64,000 nt of DNA, taken from positions 18,106,001-18,170,000 of the forward strand of contig NC_086109.1 in NCBI RefSeq assembly GCF_963921235.1. The letters are read 5' to 3'. Below, in pieces: positions 25,496 to 39,867 of the stretch. The stretch comes from Mobula hypostoma. Its lineage: Eukaryota. The notes below the pieces were generated by a model. The model saw only the letters and a program-made list of their open reading frames with translations. It made no database searches and was not told where the DNA came from. Every line of letters begins with the position of its first letter. Positions within the stretch are counted from its first letter, which is position 1. The translations under genes were made by a program, and so were the position numbers.

Positions 25496-27060
25496 CTGTT
25501 GTTGTGGCACCACTAAGCCAGATTTTCCTATGTACAAATTCATCACCACCTTTGATTCGGCCAATGATGGTGGTGTCATCAGCAAATTTAAATATGGCAT
25601 TGGAGCTGTGCTTAAACACACAGTCTTACATGGAAAGCGAGTAGAGCAGGGGGCTAAGCACACGTCCCTGTGGTGCACCTGTGTTGATGGAGATTGTGGA
25701 GATGACATTGCTCCAATCTGAACTGACCGGGGTCCGCAAGAGAGGAAATCGAGAATTCAATTGCGCAGGGAGGTAATGAGGCCAAAGTCTTGAAGTTTAT
25801 TGATTACTTTTGAGGGGATTATAGTATTGAATGTTGAGCTGCAGTCGATAAAGAGCATCCTGATGTGTATATATTTGCTGTCCAAATGTTCCAGGGTTGA
25901 GTGAATAGCTAATGAAATGGCATCTGCTATGGACCTATTGCTTCGGTTGTCAGATTGGAGTGGATCCAAGTCGCTTCTCAGGCGGAGCTGATATATTTCA
26001 TCACCAACCTCTCACAATGCTTCACAGTAGATGCAATTACAGCTGAACCATAGTCACCATATTTTTCTTAGGTCTGGTATAATTGAAGCCTGCCTCAAGC
26101 AGGTGGGTACCTCAGACTGCCGAAGCAAGAGGTCGATGATTTCGGACAGCACGCCAGCCTGTTGGTCAGCACAGGCCTTTAATAATCAGACAGGTACCCC
26201 ATCAGGGCCCGTGTTTTCCGTGGGTTCACCCCCCTGAAGGATGTTCTCATGTTGGCCTCAGAGACAAAAATTGCAGTGTCATCAGGGGCTGTGGGTGTTT
26301 GTAAAGGTTCCTCCATGTTTTGGCGGTCAAAGCGTGCATAGACGGCATTGAGCTCTTCTGGGAGTGAAGATCTGTTGTCACCTATATCACTTCATTTCAC
26401 TTTGTAAGGGATAATAGCATTCCAGCCCAACCGCAGGTGCCGAGCATCCTTCATTGATTCAGGTTTGATCTGGAATTGCCATTTTGCCTGTGAGATGGTT
26501 TTCCAGAGGTCGTACCAGGACCTCTGGTATCTAACTTGGTTGCAAAATCTGAGGGCCTCTGACCTGGCCCTCAGCAGATTGCAGATCTCATGGTTCATTC
26601 AGGGCTTCTGGTTGGGGAAGACTCCGAATGACTTTGTTGGTACACATTCATCTATGACTGTTTTTATAAAGTCTGCTACAACTGTGGTAAATTCATTCAG
26701 ATCCACTGATGAGTCCTTGAACACAGCCCAGTCCACCAACTCGAAGCAATCCTGTAGCAATCCTACCTCCTTCAACCACTTCTTTGTTGTCTTTATCCCT
26801 GGAGTCTTGCAAGTGTCTGTATGCAGATCGGAGGACAGCCAAAGTGATCAGATTTACCACAATGCAGTCTAGGCACGGAACAGTAGGCACTCCTTATCTC
26901 AGTATAGCAGAGGCCTAGTGTGTTGGGGCCTCTGGTGCTACAAGTTATGTGATGATGGTAACTGAGCAGAGATTTCTTCAAGCAAGCCTGATTGAAGTCC
27001 TTGACTATGATTTGAAATTCTTTAGGGTAGACTATTTCTTGTTTGGTGCCAGTGGCATGC
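25120..27060 (-). mobile_element. Rex1-type LINE ORF2 remnant (APE endonuclease and RT), with a (GA)n expansion at 25464-25494
   Basis: DFNQ and SDH endonuclease motifs; RMLFID.SS.FNTIIP and FKFADDTT RT motifs. Confidence 0.85.
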
Positions 27061-29427
27061 AATATCTCAGGTGCCTATTCCAGTCAACCAATGGTGGTAT
27101 GTAAACTGCAAGTTAGGCTCATGGTAGACGTTATTGGGATGTCATGAGCATTATAAATTATTAATAATAACTGGTTTTATGATCCTTGTAGGCATTTTCT
27201 TGGGCATTTAAAACTGGAAGTAATTGACAACCTGCCCAAATTGTCTGGCTTTCTAAAATATCTGTTCAACAAATTTGGCAGTGTACACATGGAACCAAGT
27301 GGATTATGACAGTTATGTGTCATTATTCAGTCTTCAGTCTCACAAATGAAACTAAAGTGATTAAGAGTGCTTATATAAGAGCAAGGCAGTTTCTTGAACT
27401 AAGGTTCAAGGTTCATTTCAAATGTTCATTTATTATCAAAGCATACAACTCTGAAATTTTTCTTCTCCAGATAGTCATGAAACCAAGAAAAAGAAGAACG
27501 GCAGCACGATCATCATTCCCCAAATCCCTCCTCCCTGCATAAAAAGCTGAACAAAAACATAACAGGCACATTGACACCCCCCCAAATCCCACTTCCCCTA
27601 CACACAAAACATGAGAAAGATCGGGCGAAAAGCACAAAATACAAAAAAAACTATAAGAATGAAAAAATGTCCACAGTCCAAGTCCACATCCAAAATGCAG
27701 AAAACCTGGGCAACATTCTCTCTCTCTGAAGCAGAGTCAACTCATTAGTGATAACAAGGCAAGTCTCCCCTCTCCGTAGCAGAGTGATCTCAGCAGCAAT
27801 AAAAGGCAGTCTCTCCTCTCCAGCAGTAACGATAACATGGCAGGCGGCCAGCATTTCAATCTCCTTCGTCACTTTAACAGGTGAAGAACGGAAGCTTTAG
27901 TCGGTGAAATGGAGCTGAACATCTGCTCACAGCCTTCTCTCCAGAACGTAATGAGTGCACTATTTCCCTAAGGGGTATCTCAGTCACTTACCAGTTTGCA
28001 GGTGTGAGTTGCTGGAGAGTTGTCCAATCACTTCCATTCAACTTACTTCAAAGTAAATTTATTATCAAAGTACATATATGTCACCATATACTACCCTGAG
28101 AGTTATTTTCTTGCAGTCATTCACAGTAGAACAAAGAAACACAATAGAATCAATGAAAAACGTACTCAAAGATTGACAGACATCCAATGTACAAAAGAAG
28201 ACAGACAGTACAAATACAAATAAAAAATAAACAAATAAATAAATAGATACATACATAAATACATAAATTAATAACTGAATGAATGAAACTGAGAACATGA
28301 ATTGTAGAGTCCTTGGAAGTGAATCCATAGGTTGTGTTTAGTGTGTTGCAGTCAGTGATGTCTTCCACGCTGGTCTGTTGGTTGAAGGGTAATACCTGTT
28401 CCTGAATGTGGCAGTGTGGGACCTAAGGTTCCTGTCCCTTCTTCTGATGGTAGCAGCGAGAAGAGAGCATGGCCTGGATGGTGGGGACTCTTGATGACAG
28501 ATGCTGCTGTCTTGTGGCAGTTCTCCTTGTAGATGTGCTCAATGGTGGGGAGGTACAGTCAAAGTCAGGGTCAAAGGTGAGATTATTGTTATATGCACAA
28601 CTACATGTACGCAAGGGTGAAATGAAAAACTTGTTTGCAGCAGAATCACAGGCACCTAGCATCAAATACATAACATTCACAAGAAAAACACAACTTGTAT
28701 ATGATTTCCTCATAACCAATGGTGATTGGGAGTCCATTTATGCCCCTTTACCATTTATAAGATAGTTATATTCCAGATAATGTCACAGATGGAATTCTAT
28801 GACCAAATACCAGCTAGGATAGACAAAGAGCAGTCCATAAGTTACACAGGCTTAAACAGTAGGAGCAATAATTTAATTGAATATCCCTTCTCTATGCAGC
28901 TAATGATATCTACTCCATGAACAATAGTAAAAACGCCAAAAAAACAGTTCAGAAGAGATCTGGCAACCTGCTTAACTGGTCCAACCCAATATAGAAGTGT
29001 TAGTAAATAGTCACAAATGTTAAGAGGTATCGATGAATTGCTTCACCAACATTGCATGCAACTACGTAGAAAAGAATCTTCAAAACACAACTTTTAAAAA
29101 ATGTGACCAAATTCTCACAGCAGCACATATAAAATGCTGGAGGAGCTCAAGAGGTCAGGCGACATCCATGGAGAGGATAAAGAATCGATGTTTTAGGTGG
29201 AGCCTCTTCATTCACGAGTCCTGAAGAAGGGTCTCAGCCCAAAATGTCAGCTGTTTATTCATCTCCATAGATGCTGCCTGACCTGTGGAGTTCCTCCAGC
29301 ATCTTGTGTGTGTATGTGAGTGTGTCTGTGTGTGTATGATTAATTGTGTGACTGTGAGTGCGTTTTTCTGTGAGTGTGTCTTTTCTGAGTGTATGTGTCT
29401 GTAAGTGCGTGTGCCTGTGCGTGAGTG

Positions 29428-29465
<38 letters not shown>

Positions 29466-29609
29466 GCTCTGGATTTCCAGCATCTGCAGAACCTTGTGTT
29501 AATGTTGCCAAATTTCCACAGTCATGCAAATACTGTCATAAAAATGCATTTTGAAAGAGTCTAGAGGATGCTGTTTACTTGGATTAGAAGGCCTTTGACA
29601 AGGTGCCAC

Positions 29610-32010
29610 ATATAAAACCATAAGATATAGGAGCAGAATTAGGCCACTTGGCCCATCAAGTCTACCCCACCTTTTCATCATGACTGATCCAATTTTCCTC
29701 TCAGCCCCGATCTCTTGCCTTCTCTCCCTATCCCTCGATGCCCTGACCATTCAAGAATTTATCAAACTCTGCCTTAAATGTACATAAAGACTTGGCCTCC
29801 ACAGCTGCCTGTGGCAAAGAATTCCACAGATTCACCACTCTCTGGCTAAAGAAATTACTTCTCATCCCTGTTCTAAAAGGACACCCCTCTATTCTGAGGG
29901 TGTGTCCTCTGGTCTTAGACTCTCTTGCCATTAGAAAGATCCTCTCTACATCCACTCTATCAAAGCCTTTCACCATTCAATAGGTTTCAATCAGGTCACC
30001 TGTCATTCTTCTGAGTTTTAGTGAATGCAGACCAGAGCCATCAAACACTCTTCATATGACAAGTCATTCAATCCTGGTATCATTTTTGTGAATCTCCTTT
30101 GAACCCTCTCCAGTTTCAGCACATCCTTTTTAAGATAAGGGGCCCAAACGTGCCCACAATACTCCAAGTGAGGCTTTGCCAGTGCTTTAAAAAGTTTCAA
30201 CATTACAGCCTTGCTTTTATATACCAGTCCTCTTGAAATGAATGCTAACATTGCATTTGCCTTCCTCAACCTGCAAATTAATCTTTAGGGAATCCTGCAC
30301 AAGGACTCCCATTTCCCTTTGCACCTTATAGAAACATAGAAATCTACAGCACATTAGAGGCCTTCAGCCCACAATGTTATGCCGACCATGTAACCTACTC
30401 TAGAAGCTGCCCAGAATTTCCCTACCGCATAGCCCTCTATTTTCCTAAGCTCCATGTACCTCAGTTTTTTAGTATTTTCTCTCTATTCAGAAAATAGTCA
30501 GCCCTTTCATTTCTTCTACCAAAGTGCATGACCATATACTCCCCGACACTATATTCCATCTGCCATTCCTTTGCCCATTCTCTTAATCTGTCTAAGTCCT
30601 TCTGTAGTTTCTCTACTTCCTCAAAACTACGTGCCCCTCCACCTATCTTCATATAATCTGTAAACTTTACAACAAAGCCATCAATTCCATCATCCAAATC
30701 ATTGACATATAACATAAAAAGAATTGGTCCTAACACAGACCCCTGTGGGATACCACTTGCCACTGGCAGCTAAACAAAAAAGGCTCCCTTTATTCCCACT
30801 CTTTGCCTCCTGCCAACAGCCACTATTTTATCCATGCTGGAATCTCTCTTGTAATACCACGGACTCGTAGCTTGTTAAGCAGCCTCATGTATAGCACCAT
30901 CTCAAAGGCCTTCCGAAAATCCAAGTACACAACATCAACAGATTCTCCTTTGTCTATCCTGCTTGTTATTTCTTCAAAGAATTCCAACAGATTTGTCAGC
31001 CAAGATTTTCCCTTGAAGAAACTATGCTGACTATGGCCTATTTTATCATGTGCTTCCTTGAGACCTCATTTTTAATAATTGACTCCGACATCTTCCCAAC
31101 CACTGAGGTCAGACTAACTAGCCTATAGTTTCCTTTCTTCCACTTCTCTCCTTTCTTGAATAGTGGAGTGATATTTACAATTTGCCATTCTTCCAGAACC
31201 ATTCCAGAATCTAGTGATTCTTGAAAGATCATTACTAATGCCTCCATGATCTCTTCAGCCACCTCTTTCAGAAGATTCCAAAGAACCTACTCTTTAGTTA
31301 TGGTAACTTCACACACTTCATGCTCTTTGACACTTGGAACTTCCACCATACTGCTAGTGTCTTCCACATTGAAGACTGATGCAAAATACTTATTCAGTTC
31401 ATCCACCATTTCCTTGTCCCCCATTACTACCTCTCCAGCATTGTTTTCCAGCAGTCTGATATCCACTCTTGCCTCTCTTTTACACGTTATGTATCTGAAG
31501 AAACTTTTGGTATCCTTGTTAATATTATTGGCTATCTTACTTTTGTTTTCCTTCTTTAACTTCTTAATGACATTTTTAGTTAAGCTTCCCAATCCTCTAA
31601 CTTCCTACTAATTTCTGCTCAATTGTATGCCCTCTTGTTGGCTTTTATGTTGGCTTTGACTTCTCTTGTTAGTCATGATTGTGTCATCTTTCCTTTAGAA
31701 CACTTCTTCCTCTTTGGGATGTATATATCTTGTGGCTTCCAAGTTGCTTCCAGAAGTTTCAGCTCTTGCTGCTCTGCCATCATCCCTGCCAGTGTTCTTT
31801 TCCAATCAACTCTAGCCAACTCCTCTCCCATGTCTCTGTAATTCCCTTTACTCCACTGTAATACTGACACATCTGACTTTAGCTTCTTCTTCTCAAGTCT
31901 CATGGTGAATTCAATCATGTTATGATCACTTTCCCCTCAGGGTTCTTTTACCTTAAACTCTCTAATCAATTCTGGTTCATTGCACAACACCTAGTCCAGA
32001 ATAGCAGATC
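29610..32010 (-). mobile_element. CR1 LINE, 5'-truncated and decayed, with a nested CR1 tail at 30327-30457
   Basis: [34 protein letters not shown] and PHLEYC motifs; the nested tail is flanked by ACCT. Confidence 0.9.
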
Positions 32011-32266
32011 TTCCAGTGTGCTGAACCCAATGTAATAATGACCAGAAAGTTTCATTCAGTTTTATTGTGATTGATGGGTTAACATTTCTTCAGAGTCTTA
32101 GAAACATTTTGAAACTCTGTCGTATGAAATAACCCACCTGAGAAGGCAAAAGACTTGTTTCAATGACAGAAAATGAACCATTGCATTACCATTTCAATGG
32201 CTTGATACTTTAGCCAGATCCTACAGCACAAACCCTGTTCGGTGATTCAGGCTTCTCTTTATTTAG

Positions 32267-32391
32267 ATATTGCACGCGAAAATCTTCCACTGACGTTGAA
32301 CGTGCACTCGGACAGAGTTGCACCAGAGGATGTCCATTCACCAAATTCGCTGCACTACAGGAACCATCGGCAGCGCAGGTTCTCAATGGAG
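32267..32391 (+). CDS. CDK18: CDK18 coding exon 2 (N-terminal linker ending RQRRFSME)
   Basis: TTTAG acceptor at 32262-32266; phase 1 matches the previous exon. Ends in the conserved RRFSME motif; GT donor at 32392. Confidence 0.88.
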
Positions 32392-32754
32392 GTAGAGTAC
32401 CATTTCTTGCTTCAGGCTGGTGTTCTCATAGTAGAAGTCAAGGTCAAGTTCATGACTCTAGCTACTTCAGTTGATCAAGGGTTAGGGTCAATGCTTTCAT
32501 TGATAATTAAGTAAACTGGAGAACGTACACATGGGACAAAGTGGATGACAACAGTCTTGCGTCATTATTTAGTCTTTAATCTCACAAGTGAAACTAGAGT
32601 GTCTCTAGAACAGCAAGGCAATGAGGCACTTGGGAACATTTGCTCTGCTTCGGTACTATATAAATGCAAGATGACATTCTTGCTTCTCAATGTTAAATCT
32701 CATTCGTTAAATTTAAATATTGTTGTGACAGGAGAGCTGTGTAGAACTATATAC

Positions 32755-33930
32755 AATGTCCCTGGAATTAAAGGCTTTACGCACGAGAAGCATTTGATGA
32801 GTCTGGCCCTGTACTTGATTCAGTTCAGAAGGATAATGGGGGAATTAATAGAAGCCTACTGGATACTGAAAGGGCCAGACAGAGCGGACATAGGGAGGAT
32901 ATTTCCCTTAACGGAGGAGTATAGGATCTCAAAGGCACAACCTTAGAATAAAGGGGCATCTCATTAAAACTGAGGTGAGGAAGAATTTCTTTGGCCAGAT
33001 GCTGATGAATCTGTGGAATTTGTTTCCATAGAGGACTGTGGAAGCTGCCACTGGGATTATTTAAAACAGAGATTGATAGCTTCTTAATTGGTAAGGGGGA
33101 GGGGTGTTAAGGCAGGAGGATGAGGCTAAAAGAATAATCAATCATGAATGATGGTGGATGGCCTAATTCTGCTCCTATATCATACGGTCTTATGATTTAA
33201 AGTGCATCACAGAAGAGATAAGCATGGACCTCTCCTTATTGCTCTTCATGTTATCTCACCAACATAAGAGTGTATTCCCCATTCTCTGTTTATTGACCAT
33301 TAGATGCGGTCTCTGTAGGTCAGAGCTGAGGAGGAACATCATCACTCAGAGTGTGAGAAACCGTTGGGGGCTGTGGAAGCCCAGTTGCTGGGTTAAGTGA
33401 TGTGTAGTTTTCTGGAAATCCAGGTATATAGGGCTAGTGTTGGTGAGGTTGCACCTGGAGTATTGCATACAGTTCTGGTCACCCTGCTACAAGAAAGATC
33501 CCATTAAGCTTGAAAGTGTGCAAAGAAGCTTCACAAGAGTGTTACAGGACTTAAGGGCATGAGTTTTTGGGAGAGGTTGGACAAGTTTGGACTTTATTCC
33601 TTGGAGTGTAGGAGAAAGGATAAATGCAGACAGCCTTTTCCCTGGGGAAAAGTAATCAAAAAAAAAGTGAGAGGGTTAAGGGGAGAGGGAAATGATTTAA
33701 AAGGGACCTGAGGGGCAACTTCTTCATGTAGAAGTGGTGCTCATATGCCAGAAGAGGTGATTAAGGTAGGTTTAACAACATTTCAAGGAATACTTGGACA
33801 GGTACAGGAACACAGGTTGAAAAGGTTTAGAGGTAATGGGCAAATTGGACTAGCTCAGATGGGCATTTTGGTTAGCATGGACCAGTTGGGCAGAAGGGCC
33901 TGTTTCTGTGCTGTATGGCTCTATGCTGAA
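32755..33930 (+). mobile_element. Cluster of old CR1 3' fragments
   Basis: Decayed ORF2 C-termini and 3' UTRs at about 32755-33195 and 33425-33930. Confidence 0.7.
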
Positions 33931-34429
33931 AGATGGTACTGAGACTGAGGTAGATTAACTGGAGCAGGGTTGGGGAGCTTAATGGCCTACTCCAGCTCCC
34001 ATTTCTTCAGTTCCTCTTTCACTTGCATCTTAACGGTGGCGCACCACGGTAATGCAGCAGTTAGCGTAACGCTATTACAGCTCAGGGTGTTCGAGTTCGA
34101 CGTTTAATTCTGATGCCACCCATAAGGAGTTTGCACCACGTGGCTTTGCTCTGGGTGCTCCAGTTTCCTTCCACGGTCCAAAGACCAGTTAGTGGGTTAA
34201 TTGTTCGTTGTAAATTGTCCTGTGATTAGGCTAGCGTTAAATTTGTGAGTCGCTGAGTGGTGCAGCTTGTTGGGCCGGAAGGGCTGTATCTCTAAGTAAA
34301 TAAAAATAAATTAATTAATGCTGTTTACCTCGAATGTTTCCTGTATCAACAATGTAATTGATTACCTTCTCATTTGCTTCCCTTTTCCCAACGCCGTCCG
34401 CCACTTCCCACCATCTGCCCCACTTCCAG

Positions 34430-34555
34430 GACCTGGGCAAGAGGCTGTCACTCCCGATGGACATCAGGCTCCCGGAGGAATTCCTGCAGAGACTGCGACT
34501 GGAGAGCTCACCCTTCCCCAAAGCTCAGAGCAGGAGCTCCCGCAGAGCTTCTTTG
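34430..34555 (+). CDS. CDK18: CDK18 coding exon 3 (DLGKRLSLPMDIRLPEEFLQRL...SRRASL)
   Basis: CCAG acceptor, 126 nt, phase 0/0, GTGAGT donor. Contains the KRLSLP and RRASL motifs of PCTAIRE kinases. Confidence 0.95.
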
Positions 34556-37235
34556 GTGAGTTGGTTACTGGGAGGGCTGGAGGTTCCTGTTTCTCCTGCT
34601 CCACAGGGACAGTTGTAAACATTCAGCCTCTTGAGCCTGCTTTGTTTTCCAGCTACAGGGGCATGGCAAACTAATTTCACCGGAGCTGGAGAAGACACCT
34701 ATTTATGCACAGAGTGTTATTTTGCAATCAGGAACCAAACACAAAATTACTGTGGATGTAGCGAATCTTAAATGTAAACAGAGTATTTGGGAGTTTCAAG
34801 CATAGGCTGAATACAGACTCACTTAAAATACTCTTTACAGCTCACGTTCTCAGTATTATTTGTTTATATTTGCACAGTTTGTCTTCTTTTGCACTGGTTC
34901 TTTGTCTGTTTATGTACCGGTTTTTGTAAATTTTATTGTATCTCCTTCTTTTCTTATAAATGCCTGCAAGAAAAATGAATCTCAAGGTAGTATGTGGTTA
35001 CCTACTGTATAGGTACTTGGATGATAGATTTACTTTGAACTTTGAACTTTGGATAGGTTTAGACTTTGTTCGCTGGAGCTTAGGAGAAGAAGGGAAGATC
35101 TCATAGAGGTATACAAAATTATTGGGGGTATAGACAGAGGGAATGTATTTAGGCTTTTTCCCTCATATTGGCTGAGACTGAAAACAACTGGTCATAGGCT
35201 TAGGATGTAATGAAGACTTAAGGGGAAACCTGAGAGGAAACTTCTTCACTGATGTAAGTGTGGAATGAGCTGCCAGTGGAAGTGATAGATGCTGGTTCAA
35301 TTGTAACATGTAAGAGAGGTTTGGATAGGTACAGAGGCCTATCATCTGGCTTCAGGTAGATTCCACTAGATAGAACACCAGGCCAAAATGGACTAGATGG
35401 GCCAAAGGGCCTGATTCTGTGCTATTGTGCTCAATGGCTCTATGACTAAATATACAGCAGGTCATGCAGCATTGCTCTTTGCAACGTTTACAAAATCTTG
35501 TATGCATGTCAAGTAGTAATTAAACTGATTAACTGACTAGGTTAAGGATGTTCTTCCTGATGGTAGAAGATGATAAGATAGGAAGGGACAGACTACTTCC
35601 TCTGCTCGAAAGAGCTCAGAACAAAGAAGGCAGAAGCTAGAAATATGAGAAGGGAGATTGGGTCTAAAGTGAAGAAAGCTTTCTTCACTCAAAGGGTAAA
35701 GGGAATTTAGAACACAGTCCACAATAAAACTTTTTAGATTGAATTTCTTACGAAAATTTTGAAGAATGTTTTGGTGCATATTCAGGCAAGGTTATACATT
35801 GGGAGGCAGGAGTTAAGCTCAACTTTAGTTATATAGTCATAGGGGGGAAGCACAGAGACAGGTCTTTTGGCCGACCAAGTCTGCACCAACTGTCAAACAC
35901 ACATCTACGTCAAATCTTCCATTAATCCTTCATTCTTTTAAAATTCTCTCCACATTCTCATCAATTTACACTTAGATTCTACCAGTTACTGACACACTTG
36001 GGCCAACTCAATGACCAGTCAATGTACCAAACTGCATGTCTCTGGGGTGTGGGAGGAGAACAAAGGAAACTCTCTTCCTTGGAGTGTAAGAGAATGAGGG
36101 GAGATTTGATAGAAGCATACAACATTCTGAGTGGTATAGATAGGGTAAAATGCAAGCAGGCTTTTTCCACTGAGGTTGGGTGAGACTAGAACTAGAAATC
36201 ATAAGTTAAGGGTGAAAGGTGAAAGGGGAACCTGAGGGGGGATCTTCTTCACTCAGAAGATGGTGCAAGTGTGGAACGAGCTGCCAGCAGAAGTGGTGAA
36301 CGTTGGTTCGATTTCAACATTTAAGGGAATTTGGGATCAGCACATACATGGAGGACTGTTGCTCAGGAGCAGGTCAGAATAACAGTTTGACCCTAACTAA
36401 ATGGACCGAAGGGCTTGTTTCTATGCGGCAGTGCTCTATGACTATGAAGCCCATGCAGCCACAATGAGAAGGTGTAAACTTCACACAGCACCTGAGGTCA
36501 GACCAGATCTGTTTGAGTGACAAAAGACTGAACAGTATGCCCCTCCTCTTTCGTTTCCTCTTGAGCCTCCAACAGCTTTTGCTCAGTGAAAGTATCCCAT
36601 CCATTTTTGAAAGGAGGAGCTAAATCGCTTTGGCCTTCTGAGCCAGTGTTGGCTGCTGCCATCAAGTGGTGACTTTGTCTTCCTAATTTAATAGCATCTC
36701 CAGCAGCCTTAATTCCAATCCCTCTGCTTGGTAACGGTGGCAAGTGGGGAGGGAATTGCACTCAGATTTGGAGCACTCACTAAGTTCAGCACTCCCACCA
36801 CCCCAACCCCCTGTCATCTTCACACTAGGTCTCCATGCCCCTCCTCAGGAACAACCCCGTAATCTCTGACAGGGACATCGATACAACTGCTAGTCGTTGC
36901 TGCTCTCAATAGCATCCACAATGCACGTGTGCTGGCTTTACATTAGCGATATTCTTTTACGATCCTGGTCCAGCGACCTTGGTACAGAATCTAGGTTGAC
37001 ATCGATCCCAGTGTGGACCATAGGAGATCTACACAGTTGAAGTTGTTTTCATTCAGCTGAGATGTTAGAACAACAATTTGTGTCTCCTTCTGGAGGGATA
37101 TAGAAGATTCCATGTCACAACTTGGTGAGGAACGGGGAAGTTCTCCTTTACTGTCCTCATTAATATTTAGTGGTTTGGGGACTCCGCTGTGTATGGATCG
37201 GCTACTAGGTTTTCTATGCTACTTGATGACCCCTC

Positions 37236-37947
37236 CTGTCTACAAGAAGAGTCAGAGCCGTCTCTATTTCCTGAGGAGACTGAGGTCCTTTAACATCTGC
37301 CGGACGATGCTGAGGATGTTCTACGAGTCTGTGGTGGCCAGTGCTATCATATTTGCTGTTGTGTGCTGGGGCAGCAGGCTGAGGGTAGCGGACACCAACA
37401 GAATCAACAAACTCATTCGTAAGGCCAGTGATGTTGTGGGAATGGAACTGGACTCTCTGACGGTGGTGTCTGAAAAGAGGATGCTGTCTAAGCTGCATGC
37501 CATCTTGGTCAATGTCTCCCATCCACTACATAATGTACTGGTTGGGCACAGGAGTACATTCAGCCAGAGACTCATTCCACCGAGATGCAGCACAGAGCGT
37601 CATAGGAAGTCATTCCTGCCTGTGGCCATCAAACTTTACAACTCCTCCCTTGGAGGGTCAGACACCCTGAGCCGATAGGCTGGCCCTGAACTTATTTCAT
37701 AATTTACTGGCATAATTTACATACTACTATTTAACTATTTATTACTATTTTCTATTACTAATCTATTACTATTTATTATTTCTATGACTATTACTATTTA
37801 CTATCTACTAATAGTAATATTACTATTACTATTTCTATTACTATTTATTATTTATGCTGCAACTGTAACGAAAACCAATTTCCCCCTGGATCAATAAAGT
37901 ATGACTATGACTGTGACTGTGACTATCACTATGACTATGACTATGAC
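37236..37947 (+). mobile_element. Second young Rex-Babar 3' copy
   Basis: About 96% identical by eye to 22866-23308 over the ORF; (TATGAC)n tail; TAC/TAT-rich expansion in the 3' UTR. Confidence 0.88.
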
Positions 37948-38288
37948 TTAAAAAGCTTGACTGCTTGAGACTTTTGTTGTTGCTTACTTCAGAGACTCCC
38001 TTTTTCAGTGAAACTAAAGATGGGGCAGCACAGTAGCACAGTGGTTAGTGTAACACGATCACAGCTCCAGCGACCAGGGTGCAATTCCACCACTGTCTCT
38101 ACATTCTTCCCGTGATCGTGTGGGTTTCCTTCAGGTACTCTGGTTTCCCCTCACATTCCAAAAACGTACAGGTGAGTAGGTTAATTAGTCACATGGGGGG
38201 GGGGTAATCAGGCAGCACAGGCTCACTAGGCCGGAGGGCCTGTTACCATGATATATGTCTAAAGTTATTTTTGTTTCATTCTCTGCAG

Positions 38289-38345
38289 TCAGACATTGGA
38301 TTTGGGAAGCTCGAGACTTACGTCAAACTGGACAAGCTAGGAGAG
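38289..38345 (+). CDS. CDK18: CDK18 coding exon 4 (SDIGFGKLETYVKLDKLGE)
   Basis: TGCAG acceptor, 57 nt, GTGAG donor. Translated by hand; start of the kinase domain. Confidence 0.96.
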
Positions 38346-38919
38346 GTGAGGCTAAACTTCCTTGCTGCCTAATTTCTTTCCCGTGCTATCTGCTTTCCTC
38401 TTAGGTTCGGCAGAGGACATTTTCCACAATCGGTAAGAAATGGTTTAATATTGAAGTAATGTCGATTAATTCCGCCTCTTGGCTTAAATTACCAGAGAGA
38501 CTTTAGTGATGGCTATCTAGCCACAAAATCTTATTGCCCCCACCTCCTAATTATCTCAGCTATCGTTGCAAGGATGAACTCCTCCAAAGATATATCCACA
38601 AGGCCGACTCTCATTCATATCAGAGAAGCAGAAGAGACTACTTCATTAAATGTACTTAACACTCAGTTAGCTGGATTTTTGCATAGCAGAATAGTTAAAG
38701 GTTATGGGGAAAAGACAGAAGGTGGAGCTAAATCATATTGAATAGTGGAGCAGGTTCTATGGGTCAGATGGTTGATTACTGCTTCTACTTACTTTCTAAT
38801 ATTCTTATGATAACCTGGCCTTTGTCCATCTGATTAACTTAATTTAATTTATGGTTTGGTTAAAGACCTAGACTTGGTGATTGTCTCTTGTTAAAACTAT
38901 CCATGGGATTGCTGACTGA

Positions 38920-39712
38920 TCGAGTGCCCAGCCAGAATCTTTTTCCAGGGCAGAGCGAAGTGATATCAAGGGCATAATTTTGAGAGATTAGAAGAAGGTA
39001 TAGGAGGGATGTCAAAGGTAAGTTTTTTACACAGACAGCAGTGAGTGCATGGTGGAGGAGGCAAATGCATTAGGGGCACTTAAGAAATTCTTAAATGGGC
39101 ACCTGGAGTACAAAGAAGGTTCACCAGATTGATTCCTGGGATGGCAGGTCTTTCATATGAAGAAAGACTGGATGAACTGGGCTTGTACTCGTTGGAATTT
39201 AGAAGATTGAGGGGGGATCTGATTGAAACGTATAAGATCCTAAAGGGATTGGACAGGCTGGATGCGGGAAGATTGTTCCCGATGTTGGGGAGGTCTAGAA
39301 CGAGGGGTCACAGTTTGAGGATAGAGGGGAAGCCTTTTAGGACCGAGGTTAGGAAAAACTTCTTCACACAGAGAGTGGTGAATCTATGGAATTCTCTGCC
39401 ACAGCAAACTGTTGAGGCCAGTTCATTAGCTATGTTTAAAAGGGAGTTAGATATGGCCCTTGTGGCTACAGGGGTCAGGGGGTATGGAGGGAAGGCTGGG
39501 TTCTGAGTTGGATGATCAGCCATGATCATAATAAATGGCGGTGCAGGCTCGAAGGGCCGAATGGCCTACTCCTGCACCTATTTTCTATGTTTCTATGTTT
39601 CTATATGTTATGTAGGAGGAAATGGGTAGATTGACCTTAGAGTCGGTTAAAAGATTGGTACAACATCAGAGGCTGAAAGGCTTGAATGTTGCTGTAATGT
39701 TCTATGTTCTAT
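38920..39712 (+). mobile_element. Older CR1 tail with a younger CR1 3' fragment (about 39103-39604) nested inside
   Basis: Open ORF MIPGMAGLSYEERL...NFFTQRVVNLWNSLP; two separate (TTCTATG/TTTCTATG)n tails. Confidence 0.8.
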
Positions 39713-39752
39713 CTTGCCCACTGTCTCAGGAATGCTGGCACTTTTCTTTCAG

Positions 39753-39867
39753 GGAACTTACGCCACCGTGTTTAAGGGAAAAAGCAAGCTGACAGAAAAC
39801 CTGGTGGCATTGAAGGAAATCCGACTGGAACACGAAGAGGGAGCACCATGCACTGCAATTCGTGAAG
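39753..39867 (+). CDS. CDK18: CDK18 coding exon 5 (GTYATVFKG...[21 protein letters not shown])
   Basis: TTTCAG acceptor, 115 nt, GT donor at 39868. Gly-rich loop, VALK lysine and PCTAIRE helix. Confidence 0.97.

Noticed and set aside
32330..38340. Overlapping alternative-frame ORF across CDK18 exons starting at ATG 32330
   Set aside because: Short, no recognisable motif, and expected by chance in GC-rich exons. It matters only as a possible uORF for the hypothetical internal-promoter isoform.
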